DNA from: Bigelowiella natans CCMP2755
Taxonomy: Eukaryota; Protista; Cercozoa
DNA: 64,000 bases
Direction of reading: 5' to 3'
Assembly: GCA_000320545.1 (NCBI GenBank)
Contig: ADNK01000544.1
Coordinates: forward strand, 124,001-188,000
A model generated the notes under the pieces. That model ran no database searches and was not told the DNA's origin. It saw only the letters and a list, made by a program, of their open reading frames with translations. This document shows positions 42,036 through 55,773 of this stretch, in pieces. The stretch's first letter is position 1; every line of letters begins with the position of its first letter. Both the position numbers and the translations under genes were made by a program.

Positions 42036-44881
42036 TTGTTTCGGGACAAACAAATGTTATTTCATCCTCCAGTATGTTTTCTTCTTTTGAAATACATATC
42101 GAGTAGTGCGTGGTAGTCCCCTGCACTCAGCGATGGCCTTAATCTCCTCTACATTTCCAGCTCCATAACTCCAAACTTCGTGTGCCATTCGCCACGGGTC
42201 TGCTTTTGAGCACTGCTTGATAAAGAAAGAAAGAGGTTGATTACTATGACCAACATGCACTAAATTGGAGCAAGGAGGATAAATGATGATAATAGCGTTG
42301 GGGGGGGGCTGAGGGGAGGGGCACCTGATTTGTGTCGTATCGATCAAACGGCTCAGTATTATAATGAACGATATACACACCGCGTCTCTTCAAGTCTTTG
42401 ATGATGAACTCGTCATCGTAAATTCCAACCCATATAAAAATATCACCCCTTTCCGCCTCTGGAGGATTCAATGGTTTCTCAAAGTATCTTACCCGTAAAC
42501 CGAGCGACTTGAGTCCCTCGATTAACGTCATTACAATCATTCGAAGCTGTGCGTGGATGAATAAGTTAATAAGATGATGGCGATAATGATGGTGGTGGTG
42601 GTGATGATACTGATGATGATGATAGTGACGAAGGATTTACTGACAGAAACTAATAATACAAGATGTGAATGTGCCCACAAATTCATATTTGATATGCATG
42701 TATGTATGTATGTATGTATGTCTGTATGTTTGTGTTACCATGAAGACATATATAGAATAAGCCGTGTGCATTATATATACTGTTTGCACGTGATGAGGCA
42801 GTACGATCTCCCTCTGCATCTGATTGAAACCCATAAAACCATCATAAAAAATGCAATCACGTGGCGGCGAGGCAAATAAATACATGATCGCTTTCGCTCT
42901 TCATCGTTTCGGATCGAATTAGCTCTGGGACTATGTTTGCCCGTTTCATGAGCAAAAGTGGGCTAAACCGGGACTTGAACATTTCCAATCGCTTTTGACT
43001 GAGCATTATTCTATCCTCTGAGCTCATTCGAGCAATCTTAAGGTAAGTCTCTTCAATCCTGCCCACTTCGACCTAGTAGTAGAACGGTGGTAAAGTGCAG
43101 CAAAACACATAGTAGTATCTTATTGTTTGGTGTACTTCGGTGACGATTCGATATGATATGGAGAGAAATACTCCTTTAAGGCCAAACTTGTTCCCCTGCA
43201 TCCCTAACCCCCTCTTTCCTTTTTCCCCTCTCTATTATTTTCTCTTTTATTCCTCAAAGCAGTAAACAGCCTCTATGCTCCTCTTCCCCTTCTATGTAAT
43301 GTATTATTACAAAATCGACGATGCCCTCCCATAGTTTTTCTTCTTTCGGATGGCATCGTTCCGATATCAGCAACGCCCCCGTGCTTAGCAGAGGTCCTGT
43401 CTTTAGCGATGGCCGCGCTGTTTTCCCATTCGCAGAGACTTCGCATTGATTGTGTATGCTGAGGAAGATTTTATCTTCCCCTCCTTCTGATCCCTCAATA
43501 TGAGAGCGGAAATTGTGCTCATTTAAGCCCTCGTCAACGACGCCTAAATGCCTACTAAGTAGGGTTGATTGTTGTAGATGTTGCCAGCAAAGAGAGAGAG
43601 AAGCTCCTAGCCCTTCTTTGCCAAAAAGGACGAGCTGGGGCATACTCCCTGACTGCTGTGATTTCAAACATTAAGAGGGAGAAATACATCAATTTAGTCA
43701 TTACTCAATTATCTCTTTTTTCTTCCGTGAGATATTATGCATTCGATTACTTTTGTTGGAGAATGCATTCTAGGCGATCGGTTTAGAAAGCCCACAGGCA
43801 GATGACGGGCCTTCGGGGCATTGCGACAGGCAGAAATCGTGTCAACATTGCCGAGACCTGTGTCCCAGACTTCGTGGAAAATATCAGAAAGTCCTACGTA
43901 GTCTATGCACCTGAGTTATTAAGTAGTTATATTGATTTTCTCCGGAACTTTAACCGCAGCTGCTTTGCAACAATATTGTTGACGAGACACTCGGGATTCG
44001 CCCCTGTCATTTGGAATACTCAGCGCATACTTTAGCCAAAATATACGGAAAATATACTGCCTCTGCATACGTAGCAAATACTTTTGAGGATATTACCTGT
44101 ATGGGACCATGCTTTGATTGGCCTTCAAAGCTGCGAGGTCATTTTGAAATCCTGTCTGATACCACACAGTGATGACTCCCCTTTGCTTCAGAAGGCGAAT
44201 GAAATAGAAGAGAGAGGACACGTCCTCTCCCACAAATATAGCCACGTCGCTAATCTTAGCTTCGTGTGGTAGATTAATATCGGGATCATCAAATAGATGC
44301 GTTCGGAACCTGCAATAGAAAGAATATAGTCATTGCAGCATCTTAACCACAAAGTTTCAATTTTTTCGAGTCTGAATGATTTCAACTTTGGTATCGTAGT
44401 TGTCGCGTTGCAATAATACACATAAACTTATGTATTATTAGAGCAACCCAAGCGCGTTAAATCCCTCCAAAGCTGTCATTGCCATAGCCTGCGGTGTGAG
44501 AGCGCGAGAACTTAGGATAACGTATGCCGTGGCGTCAATGGTCAGATGCTCGATTTTAGACCCTATATGTATTGTATCAACAACAAAATTATACATCGGA
44601 GCATTCATACAGGTGTAAATTACGCACAGGGTACCTTGAAATTTGTTGTCGAGACTGATCGATTTTGGGAAAACTTCATCGATTGGTTGGACAACTTCAT
44701 CAATTGGGGCGGATTCGGAAATCCTCGACGATAAATTTACGTCGGACTTGATGAGGAAAATCGTTAGCAGCGCCAATAAGACCGCAAGCCGCACACGATT
44801 TGATGAAGTCGTGCAAAGATACGATAATTTATTTTGCAGTCCCAAATTGTGGCCCCACGCCCCTCTCTCCCCCTCCCCCAT
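39037..44881 (-). CDS. Type II membrane protein with three tandem glycosyltransferase-like (CgeB/GT-B-like) domains, multi-exon
   Basis: N-terminal TM (RVRLAVLLALLTIFLIK). Three copies of the motif set YxTEP / E(V/I)WxY / I(F/H)(L/M)SIH / LISERCHxxDExxWxGIVDF / RFxP, with the LISERC motif near 43360, 41210 and 39340. Confidence 0.7.
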
Positions 44882-45809
44882 CAGAGCGAAAGACCGAACA
44901 CGTGCGTCAGGTTACGAGCATTCACTTCTGGAAGGTGTTCGGTATCGTCGTGTCACAATGTGCATTAATAGTCCAGGTTTAGACCACGACGACATGGAAT
45001 GTACAAACGAACAACAGCCTACGTTTAGACCACTACGACTTACAGAGATTCCAAGCGAAGGAGGAGAAACCGAAAGAAACGGCAACAGGGCAACAATGCA
45101 TTCCATTTTTATCTGAAATGGTTCGAAGCACGTGTAATCCAGCCCCAAAATGGGACCAATTTCTGAAAGTCTCAGTTGTGAAATTGGGCTCAAGCCTGCT
45201 GCATTAATGGTAATTTTTTAAGACGACTTCGAAAATAGATTGTCTCTCTTATAATTCGTAATCAAGTTCAGCTCTGGGAAAGAGGGCCAGAATCTGGTTC
45301 GAACGAATAGAAAGATAAAGAATACATATTTTTACAGATCTCAGACGCGAAACTAAGCTTATTGGATAAATGCGACATACATAATATAAACTTTACATGC
45401 GATTTTCACGTCGATCTGAATATATATTGCCAGGGCTTAGACTGTTAATTTCCTAACGAGAGGGGGAAGCAAGGAGGTGGAGCTCGCGAACGAAGGAGCA
45501 CGATTCAACAGAGCATACAGGAGGAGCAACACGTCTAGATCTAGGCAAGAGATACTGATAGAAGTAGAAATTGCTGTGAACGCCTTCCTCTGACGAAGCT
45601 GGATCTCTCTCAGCAAGGTAAAGCGGATACTTTCCACGTCGTCCTTATGTATTGGTACTCACTTATAGAACGCATGCGCTTGTCAGCGCGTTATATGTTC
45701 TAAGGTGTAATCTCGACGTTTTTTGGTTTATCATCTAATTTTGTTAGTTATACGGATTAGTTTCATTCGCTGTTATTATTGGTGAAGTATACGCATATGT
45801 AAACACAGA

Positions 45810-48800
45810 ATGGAGACGAAGAACACCTCAATCGACAATTTAGTCGGAAAACTGAAGACGGGGGGGATATCTAAGACCGAGGTACTTCGTTCAACTTTAT
45901 TGTGATATATATTTCCTGAATAATGTGGAAAATGTGCTCCTCGTGATCAACCCTCTTCCCTCTTTGTAGCTGTTTTCCCAGCTCTCTGCCTTATACGAAG
46001 TGGATACGGGGAGAGGAGAGGAAGAAGAACCTACCAACGCGGCCTCTATGTCGCCGAAACAAGAGTAAGTTTTCTAAATTAACCTCAATGTAGCAACTAC
46101 ATAATGTGTGCAATCAAGTGCTGGGCCTTTATGACTTCTCTACCTCCACCCCATACCAGAGATAACAAGTACAATAGCTCTGAGAAGCGAAAGAAAATAG
46201 AGGATCTGCTAGAAAACTTCAAGATGGTTAGCAATGAAACACTTTATGCCTAAGGACTAACCAATAATCATAATTTATTCTCACTGCGAACACAAGTGAG
46301 ACCCTCAAAAAGAAAATATGTAAAATTAAAAATTATACATTTTGTTTCCTTCTCTGGGTTACCTTACACAAAATGAATTGGAAATGATAGAAAGCACTGA
46401 ACGTACACCCTGATTTTTTCTTTCAGTCTCTCGACAATGACGACGACGAGAATGAAGAACAAGATCCCGTTGGAGAGATGTCGCGAATGGCTGCAGTTGG
46501 AGGAGGAGCAGAAGGTTGTGATATGAGAGTACACATGTAATACACTTTTTTGTGATAATTGTGCGTTGCAATGATATTCAGAAGAACTAGATGTCGACGG
46601 TATTCAACAATCGACCGAACGTGTACTGAAAAATCTCAAGGAATCTATGAACTCGGAATTTAACTTCAATCCGGTATGTGCGCTGATAGCATGGCAAACA
46701 GCACATCTGCCAACAAAGCATATTTAATCGCTCCTGCATAAATAAATACACAACTTGGGATTTCACAGCTTGATCACGTGACGCTATTGCCTGCCTCTTA
46801 CATGTAGTACGCGGAAGACGAAACATACTCTAATGTCGAGCACCAAGAGTCAGTGGAAAGTCGCTTTCGCTACCAGAACAATGCAGCAGCGCAGGAACTT
46901 GCAAATATCCCATATTATGAACGTTTGTACCGCCCTCAATATGGCCCTCGCAGCCGAGAAGTAAGCAAAATAGTGTTATTCATTATTTAATATTCATATA
47001 TCCTGATAAGGTGTAAATAAAAAGCTGCCTGTTTTCATACTTCACTCACACTAGCCAAAAACAAACCTTTAGGTGCGGATCAAACAGTTAGAAGCCATCA
47101 TGCTGTCGAACGAGAAAAAAGAATGCAGCTTCAAGCCCGAAATTAAGAAGATGCCTGGCTTGCACGATAATCGTGACGGCGGACGCATGGCGATAGTGGA
47201 GCGCCTCTATGCGTGGGAGTCGAAGAAGAAGAAAAACAAGAAGAAAAAGGGGATAGAAAGAGTGAAAAAGGAGCTTGATTCATGTTCTTTTAAACCTGAG
47301 CTGAATAAAACCTCGCTCATGCTCTCCTCCTGCGCGCGTCAAGATATCAGGAACGTATCACTTCGGTCACAGGCGCGGGCAAAGCTAGTGGAAAGGGAGA
47401 TCAGGAAACAGCAGGAAGCCGAGTTTTACGAAGAGTGCACCTTCCACCCTGTCATTAATCGAAACTCGCGGGATATGGTCTCGAGGAATCGTAGTCTTCA
47501 GTCCTACAGCCAGCGCAGCAAGAAGAATGAACAGCGCGTGTTAGAGGCGGCAATGAGAGAGTGTACGTTCATGCCAAAGACCAATCCTGTAAAAAAGTCT
47601 ATGCAAGCCGCAAACCTCTACTTAGAAATGACTCCTTTTGAGCGCCTCAGCCAGCCTGCACAGAAGTAATAACAATAACAGCATTTGCAGCTGTATGTAG
47701 ACATTCGTAGTAGATGTAGAAGGAATGCGTTATATAAATGAGTAGTGTAGGATGAACAGAAGGTTCAACTTTCTACTACTACATCACTAAACCATTACCT
47801 CGATTACATTCTTAGTCCTCTTTCTCTTTCTCCTCGTTTTATTCTTGGTAAAGGTATGCTAACAATGAGATGTGGCCGGATGAGTACGGGCAGTACCCTG
47901 ACGAAGAAAGACCGGGGAGTGCTAGAGAGCACTCTCGGATATCCCTCGTTACCACAGGCATTAGCCCTAAAAGTAAAAGCTATTATGATACTCCTAGCGA
48001 GGGCTTAAATAGTGGTGATAATTATGGTCTGATGATGAAGAAGAGGGGGGAGGAGGGGGAGCACAATTACGTTGTCTGTTAGATTATCTCATCATAATCA
48101 TCACTTTTCGTCGCTTGCACTTTAACTATGGTCTAAAATACTAATTGATACATTGGCTGCTGTCTCCCTAGATATCTCTGCACCCTCCCCCTCTTTTCTG
48201 GAACGAAGTCGGCAGCACTTGGAACGTAAGCAGCGGACTGTGGAGAAGCTACTAGCTCAGGAGCAGGAAAGGCTGTACAAGCCGAAGCTCAATAAGAAAT
48301 CAGTCAAAATGGCCCGGGGCAAGTTCTATGACAGGCTGGGGAAGGTACAATAATTATGCTAACATGCGATGTAGCAATAGTACCAGAATGCTTCTTGTTT
48401 CTTGCCCTGTTTATTCTGTAGTTGCCGCTTATTACTGTGACAATTTTGTCGTTGGATAGGATGTGACGAAGCGCACCTTATCCCAGACCTTACGCGAGAA
48501 GGCCAAGGACGAAGTCTCGAAAGAGTGCACATTTAGCCCGCAGATAAATATCATGTCCAAAAATCTCAAACCAAGGAGCCGGAAGGAGATGAGTGAGGGC
48601 GATGTCGCACTCCGCTCCTCCAAGCTCGAGCTCGCTCGCATGTATGCCCGAAAGCAGGAACTCAGTAATGTAACCTTCAAGCCTCAAAGGTGAGTCTGAT
48701 ATGCATGTACACATGTTGGCACTCCTTCTCAACATTTTTTTACATCGGTGCGGACAAAATGCTACTGCTACCTCTGATGCTGATTTTACGGCACCAAAAG

Positions 48801-49185
48801 GCACACAAAAAATCGTTTCTGGGACAATTATGCAAAGAGCAGAATCAAGTGCACTAGCGAACCACACAGCTACACAGAACGTGTGATGGAAATGGAAGCG
48901 CGAAAGCAGGAACACCTGGAGAGAAAGAAGGCCGAATTGGAGGAAAGGGAGCTAGGCATGTGTACGTTTAGACCTGAGACGAAGGACGCACCAGAATTTG
49001 TCAAACGCATTGGTTAGTGATGACTCCTACCACATTTTTGATAATAAATAAGTGGATAATTTTAGCTACGTTTTATGCCTTTGCCTAATTTTTCCACAAA
49101 TCGTTAATGTGCATCTACAGCCGATAGCATGAAAGCGTCCAAGAAGAATCAGAAAAAGAAGAAGATTAAGCCGGACTGGAAGTGA
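45810..49185 (+). CDS. Multi-exon protein with repeated (E)C(T/S)FxPxIN motifs (possibly cytoskeleton-associated)
   Basis: ECSFKPEIK, SCSFKPELN, ECTFHPVIN, ECTFMPKTN, ECTFSPQIN, CTFRPET; ends KPDWK* at 49185. Confidence 0.75.
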
Positions 49186-49189
49186 TACT

Positions 49190-50340
49190 ACTCCAAATGG
49201 GACATGTCTAAAGGTACGGTCAGTTTTGGACCATCATCACGTCGACATGCGAGCCAGCTTCGAAGGGACCAGGACCGGGGAAGTGCGTGTGTGTCTTTCA
49301 AAATGGTGAGGGACACATGTGAATCTGCAAGAAGAATCAGACAATACCTAGAACACCCCTCCAGGTTACAACAAAGACAATAGAGAAGAGGAAAGCTGTC
49401 ATTAGTCTCAGTAGCAGCGGCATTTTGCACATGTAGTAAAATCTGACAGAGCTGTACGAGGCAGCCATACATCTGTGCTTCTCTTTCAGCTGTTGTTAGT
49501 CATGATGATGTGCATAAGCACATCATCGTCACAGCATGGCAGCCACGTACATGGCCACACGACGACAATTTTATGCATGGCTACTGGTTTACAGTGGATT
49601 GCACGCAGATGTAGATGCATTGCATTAATGACGCGCACATTTCATTCAAAATTTCCTTTATATTTGCGTGCACTTTTTTGCACCATGCACCACAATCAAA
49701 ATGCGTTGGATCCACACTAAACTTCGAGCTGCGTATTGCAGTGTCCTCACCATGCACTTACTTCAAGATTCACAACTTGTACTTATAGTTGCCCAGCGGT
49801 TGTCACCAAAGCCATTTGTGCCGCGGGCTGGAATTGCCTGGGTTGGGCGACTAGTGTTAGCAGCTTGATGACTCAAAAAGTAATTTGATTCATACGCGTC
49901 CAACCGCACGCGCGCGTTCATTTGCGCGCTTTAGCATGGTGCAACGGAACAAGCAAAGCTTGCAGCAGGCACAGGATCAGAAGAAGGCTATAGGCATGGG
50001 AGAAGAAGGAGAAGAGGAAGAAGAAGCAAGAGGTATTGAACAAGAAGAAGGTGTTAGCACAGGGCTGAAGTGCAGAGTGATGAACGAAGAGATTCCAATG
50101 GTGCATCACGTGCCCAAGCAGCCCTTAAGGGAATTGTTTCGACCAAGGTTGAGTGAAGTCGAATGAATGAATGAAGCACAGAATCTGCATCACCAAAAGG
50201 ATCACAGGGCATGCCAAGAGGGAGAAGAAGAAGAATTGATTCGAGCAAGGTTGAACAGAATCTGCATCACCGAATGCGCCATTGCCGCATTATCATCAAT
50301 GTCAACCTGAACCGAATGTAACGTAAAACCGTTTAAAATA
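49190..50340. other. Partially TpA-depleted intergenic relic between convergent genes
   Basis: TG/CA-rich and TA-poor; relic frame KCRVMNEEIPMVHHVPKQP; short direct repeat cagaatctgcatcacc near 50179 and 50257. Confidence 0.5.
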
Positions 50341-50342
50341 AA

Positions 50343-51461
50343 TTAGACTGACTTCTGTTTTGTCTCAACAGATGAGCTGAACTTAGAGCCCTTAATTATT
50401 CGGGCCTTCGGCATTACTCCTAATGGGTTTGCCGTTGAATGCTGCTCGTACCATGCCGAGAGCTCTCCAGTTACTAATCGAAAGAACTGCCTGTACCCCC
50501 CTTTTCCACCGGGAAGTGGCAAACTCTCGTGGGGCGTCATATCTGTCAACCAATACAGATAATTGGCACTCATTTTCTCTGGCTCCCCACACCACTCACT
50601 CAAATGCTCGCATTCTCCATGAGGTCCCACGACGCCTCGTGTTTTCTTTATCTTCGCCGGCCACACTTGGCATGAACCGGAAACGGTCGAGGCCATGTAT
50701 AACCCTCCAAGAAACGTTTCTTTTCTTCCTCGAAAAAGGCCACAACCCCATCTGCTGCCGTATGCAGGCTTAAAAATGCTCTTTCCATCCGCCGAATACT
50801 CCACAAACTCACCCGGCCTGTCCGTGTGCATCCCGCCCCGCCGCTGAGGTTGGTTTGGCTGCACATATGACTCTTGAACGGTAAGATAGACCACGTCTTC
50901 AATTCGCTTTCCAGGTCCTGTTAGGCTACAGGCCGAGATGACGGGCAGGTAGCCGTGTAAGGATTTCGGAAGTGTTTTTTCCGGGTTCCGAGGGTCAAAA
51001 GGCATCATATTGACATTGATGTCAGTGGGTTTTGGAAACTTGACCACGTTAATCAAAGCGTAAGGGAGATCCACGTTCACCTCATTTCCCCTTCTGGATC
51101 GTAAGTGTTGGATCTTTAGCCCTGGGTGACGGAAAATGCTCTCTTTGTAGCCGGGAACGATGTAACCCTTCCAAATTATCTTCCAGATTTCACTATGGGA
51201 CTTCAAGATGTGTAGCGAGCATTTCGGATCATACATTCCAGCCAGTAGCGTCCTCACCACCGGATTTAGCGCCGCTGATGCGAGGTCATCGTTTACCTCA
51301 TCCGAGCTGTCTTTCTCATCTATCGGAAAAGGAGGATCGTAGTAGTCATTAGAATTGTCTCTGGGGTGCACATAATCCTCTCGATGTTGTAGGTTGAATT
51401 CCAATGCGCAAAATCCACCAACATTGAAAGGGCAAGTTTCCCTCATAGACGAAAGAAGCAT
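50343..51461 (-). CDS. Intronless 372-aa putative 2OG-Fe(II) dioxygenase-like protein with an N-terminal C-C-H-H (PBZ-like) finger
   Basis: YLTVQES...QRRGGMHTD (HxD) ... TPHESLP (distal His) ... YRQFFRL (2OG-binding Arg pattern); N-terminal CPFNVGGFCALEFNLQHREDYVHP. Confidence 0.7.
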   Translation of the reverse strand: MLLSSMRETCPFNVGGFCALEFNLQHREDYVHPRDNSNDYYDPPFPIDEKDSSDEVNDDLASAALNPVVRTLLAGMYDPKCSLHILKSHSEIWKIIWKGYIVPGYKESIFRHPGLKIQHLRSRRGNEVNVDLPYALINVVKFPKPTDINVNMMPFDPRNPEKTLPKSLHGYLPVISACSLTGPGKRIEDVVYLTVQESYVQPNQPQRRGGMHTDRPGEFVEYSADGKSIFKPAYGSRWGCGLFRGRKETFLGGLYMASTVSGSCQVWPAKIKKTRGVVGPHGECEHLSEWCGEPEKMSANYLYWLTDMTPHESLPLPGGKGGYRQFFRLVTGELSAWYEQHSTANPLGVMPKARIIKGSKFSSSVETKQKSV

Positions 51462-51829
51462 CCCATTAGAGTGCTTAAGGACGCGGCAGCAGTTACCGGT
51501 ACGAGTGGAAACTGATCCTCATGAAAACCAGCAGGAATTGTTGGCATTTTTGACCTGCGACATGACTGTTACCTCAAATGAACTAGTGAACTACCAAATT
51601 AGCAGTGATTTGTAAACCTGGGCGTTAGAATCTGTCCTCCCCAGCAGCTGTTTGTGTTTGCCACCGATGTTCCTGCTAAAAACGTGCTAAATGAGGCCAG
51701 GGGACGAGGATACTAAAGGCGATAAACGCTCTGACAGGTATTTGAGTCTTCGGTGTACGATCTGGGAAGTGACATGCTAAGATTGACTGCTGCTTTTTTT
51801 ACGACTACCAAGTTGCTTCCGAAGTTGTG

Positions 51830-53426
51830 TGGCTGCCTGTAAACGACTTTGCCAAACCTGCACACTCTTCTACATCTTTGGGAAAACTCCGAAACCTTCC
51901 CGATGCCTTCTGGACGGATGGCGGGAAAGGGTGATGTGTGTGGTGAGAACCATATGCTTATAAATATATTTAATCTCGTTTGGATAAATTGCTGTTATTA
52001 TCATATATTAGGTAGCAGCGATTGTTCTTCTTGCGACATTTGGCTGGAACATTGCCTTAAATACCAGCAATCTGGAAAGATCTAGAACTTCTCCCATCGC
52101 GTCTATCAAGTACTATGAACAGTCAGAGCTGAAGAAGTAAGCTATTATCTCTCTGAATGATCAGATCGTATATAGATTTGTGAATATTGATTATGGCTAC
52201 TGGTTTTATTATTTGTTTCAAGATGGGGCCTAGTTCTTTGTCAGCCTAAATATAATCTTCATGGAGGAAATCTTTGTACAATTCCGGATTACATCTTCGT
52301 TGGAGAAAATGCTACACAAGTTGGTGCCGGTCGTGAAGTTCATAAAGTCGAAGTTTCCAGTGGGTCGTACCAATTTGCCAAATATGCTCCGATTCCCACG
52401 GTAGATGGTGAGGAAATCTTCCCAACCCTTGCACCCTATCTTAGCGTGTGCTACGATTTGGATCCATTCTACAGTTCGGAAGGGTCAGCATATGAGATGA
52501 CGGCATCACGAGAGGACATCGTAGGGAAGAATGAAAATCTGATTTTTAAGTTCGGCTGGGTTAATGGTAGCCAGAATTTCGACCCGAAGGGCTTCTGCCA
52601 TGTGTTATCGTTGAATGGATACGTTCGCTCATCATCTGGGAAAATAGAGACAGCAGCAAGCCGATCGGCCTTTTCGCTGCAGTCCTATACAAATATTGAC
52701 GCCTGGAATAAGGCTTACACCATACGGTCGCGCATTATTGAGCATGCGAAGATAGGTGGGACAATCGAGAGATATCTTGAGATCCAGGCAATAAAACAGG
52801 GCGATATTTCCACATCGAAAGTTGTCGATAACGAGGTTGCCACAAGATACGCCAGAGACTTGTTCGTAGAAATCCATATCGAGAATCCATTGGGTATTGT
52901 GTACACAGTTCAACGAATCGAAGATAGGATTTCTTTTGGATGGAGCGATTTCCTCACAGCTACGCTAGCTTTCATCGGACTGCTTCAATCCGTCTTCTTC
53001 CTATTCTTCACGATTGGTAATGAAAGCGGGTGTGTGTGTGTGTGTGTTTGTGTGTGTGTGTTGTTCATTTATACCAGTGTTGCCAAACAGGAATGATTTT
53101 CTTAAAGCTATCTTTGATTCGCATACAATTTGATTTTTGGTCGCGCTTCAGATCCTTACACCAAAGCGTTTTACTTCAAGCATGGAAAGCGGGCTCAGAT
53201 TCTGCGAAAGAGCTTTAATGACAAATTCCCAATGCTCGGAAGCGAATGGACAAAAATGTCAAACCCTAGTCTTATGGAGAAGAAAATGGGACAAATTGTT
53301 CGTGAATCCGACACAAACGTCTCGGTTATCTTAAGGCCTCGAGTTGAAAAACGGTCACCCCCACATAGATTGTCTGTGGAGGGAGGGGACGCATTAAGAT
53401 GGAAGATTGCAACTCACAAAATATAA
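51830..53426 (+). CDS. Two-TM membrane protein with a large ectodomain; PAC (TMEM206)/ENaC-like topology (start uncertain)
   Basis: TM1 VMCV|VAAIVLLATFGWNIAL then SPIASIKYYE; large beta-rich loop; VQRIEDRISFGWSDFLTATLAFIGLLQSVFFLFF (TM2); cytosolic tail. Confidence 0.6.
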
Positions 53427-54063
53427 ACGATCCCCTCAGACCTATTCATCACGATGAGGTTTAGTGTACATGGAAATGTTTGCGTGATTGCAACTGCACG
53501 GACAGCCAAAACGTCACGAGTACGCCAAGACTGAGAATGCTGACATCGGATCTCCATCTAATTTCTGCGACGAAGACACGCGAGTATACGAGAGCTCAGC
53601 AAATTACATCGAATGAGATCAGGGCAATGAGTCTACGTCGTGATGTGCAAGCTAGATCGCCGCAGTAGGCTTTATTGCGACTCTGCTGAACAGATAACAT
53701 TACGTTACCTATTATAAAAATGATGATATATATGATGTTATTTACGTTGTGTATTATAGCCTAGCTGGCTGTTGCTGTGCGATGCTGCAGCACATCGCTG
53801 CACAGTCGTCACGCTAACATGCATGCGACATATGTGCGATCACGTGCTATTTTGACATTAGAGAGGCATAAAATCAATGCTTTCGCGCTCGTCATCAGGA
53901 ATAGGGACAACCCTACTACCCATCATGCCTAGGTAGCCCGGTAGTATGTATATGCGCAATATGCACCATAGCAGAGACTATGTATGTAGCAGCAGAAATA
54001 GCCATCTATGTGTCACATATGCATTAATAGATTCATGTGATACTTGCAAAACGTGTACTACTT

Positions 54064-54420
54064 CTACGTGACTTTGACTAAAGTGCTTCTTCGTTGACTT
54101 TCGATCTCCTTACATCTTGGGCATTCCTTTTTATCTTGAATACATGTGACGAAGGAAAGGATTCAGATAAATGGTATTTCCCAAGATCAAGGCATGGAAG
54201 TTTCCAATTTTTTGAAAACTCTCATCTCGTTATCATGGAACCTAGCTAGTACCCAACCTCATCATCCGCCAAATGCTTCGGAATAATCATCATCTCTCCG
54301 CTCATCATCATCATCATCATCATCTTCTTCTTCTTCTATGACCTGTGGTTGTTTTACTACCTAAGCATGCCTTATGGAATATCGTAAGACACCCGGGGCA
54401 CTTGCTCACTCTAGTAGTCC

Positions 54421-54457
<37 letters not shown>

Positions 54458-54842
54458 GCACACCCAATACTGAGGAGAAGCTACTTATTTGATGAATCTT
54501 AACTTGACATCATTCCTTACCATTGCTGCCACTTTTAGCACCAAAAAATTGTTCCTCTTCTCTCATTTCTTTATTTTCGTGGTTTCTGATTTCGTTTTCT
54601 ATTCTGCTTCTCATCATGTTCTTACAACAACAACTGCTACTACTGCCACAATTTGTTATCATTATTATTCTGATTATTACTTGGGCAGGTCAAAGGAATA
54701 CACGAGTCGTGAAATCTTTGCATCTTTGCATATGCCACACACATGACCACGATTCTGGCAACTCTCTAATTTATACAAATAACAAGGCAGTAGTAGCTGT
54801 AGGAGGTGCAGGAATAGAGGCATTGGAGATAATATGATACAA

Positions 54843-54884
<42 letters not shown>

Positions 54885-55740
54885 ACATTATGTATTAATA
54901 TATTCAATAATGAGAATCTTCTATCCCCCAACCACCAGCATCTTAGATCATAACTCACCGCAGTTTTGAACGTGTGCTTCTAAGCTCTTGACCGCTTTTG
55001 CCAGCCATTTCAACAGACGTCCGTCGATTCCTATGCAACAACAACAACAATAACAACAACAACAGTAACAACAATAACAAGCAAGAAAGGAAAATGCAAC
55101 CGTTGGAGCGGGAAGAGCGTTTTGGCGCAGCATAATAATAAAGAAGGAGGCCATAGATTTACCAACATTCCCTCTATTAGAGCAGAGTTGATGACGACTT
55201 TTATATTTAATAATTTCGTTGTGACGATGTGTTCCACATTCTTCATATTGCAGCCGATGCAAATGACGAGTGGAAGAAAGTTGACGATAAATTATTAGTC
55301 ACACTTCTTTCTACTTGGTAATTTATATTATCGCTTGTTACCATGAACGAGGTCCCTCAGCGAATACATGTATAAGAGTACACCGCCCTGTAACATTGCA
55401 CCAGTATCATTGTCATATTATCATCTTCATAGCAATGAGAAACTACTGAAGAAGAGTGGACACATAAACATGCAGATATCAATAATCATCAGTACCTCCA
55501 TGAGATGTTCTCTGGCCTTGTTACCACAATCAGGATCTGCCAACGATGCTACCACTAACACACCCGCATCACATCTACCCACGAAGTCCTGTGCGAATGG
55601 AGGATGAAATGATGGATGAAATGATGGATGAAATGATGGATGACATAATGGATGTCCGCATTTTGCGAATATTTGTTGCAAGTAGTTGTTTCGTAGAACA
55701 AATATCCAAATAGCGTCAGCCTATCAAAGTATATATAACA

Positions 55741-55773
<33 letters not shown>

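Noticed and set aside
45437-45650. Purine-rich GC-richer patch in a divergent gap, possibly a small gene or ncRNA
   Set aside because: No convincing start, splice pattern or RNA fold identified.
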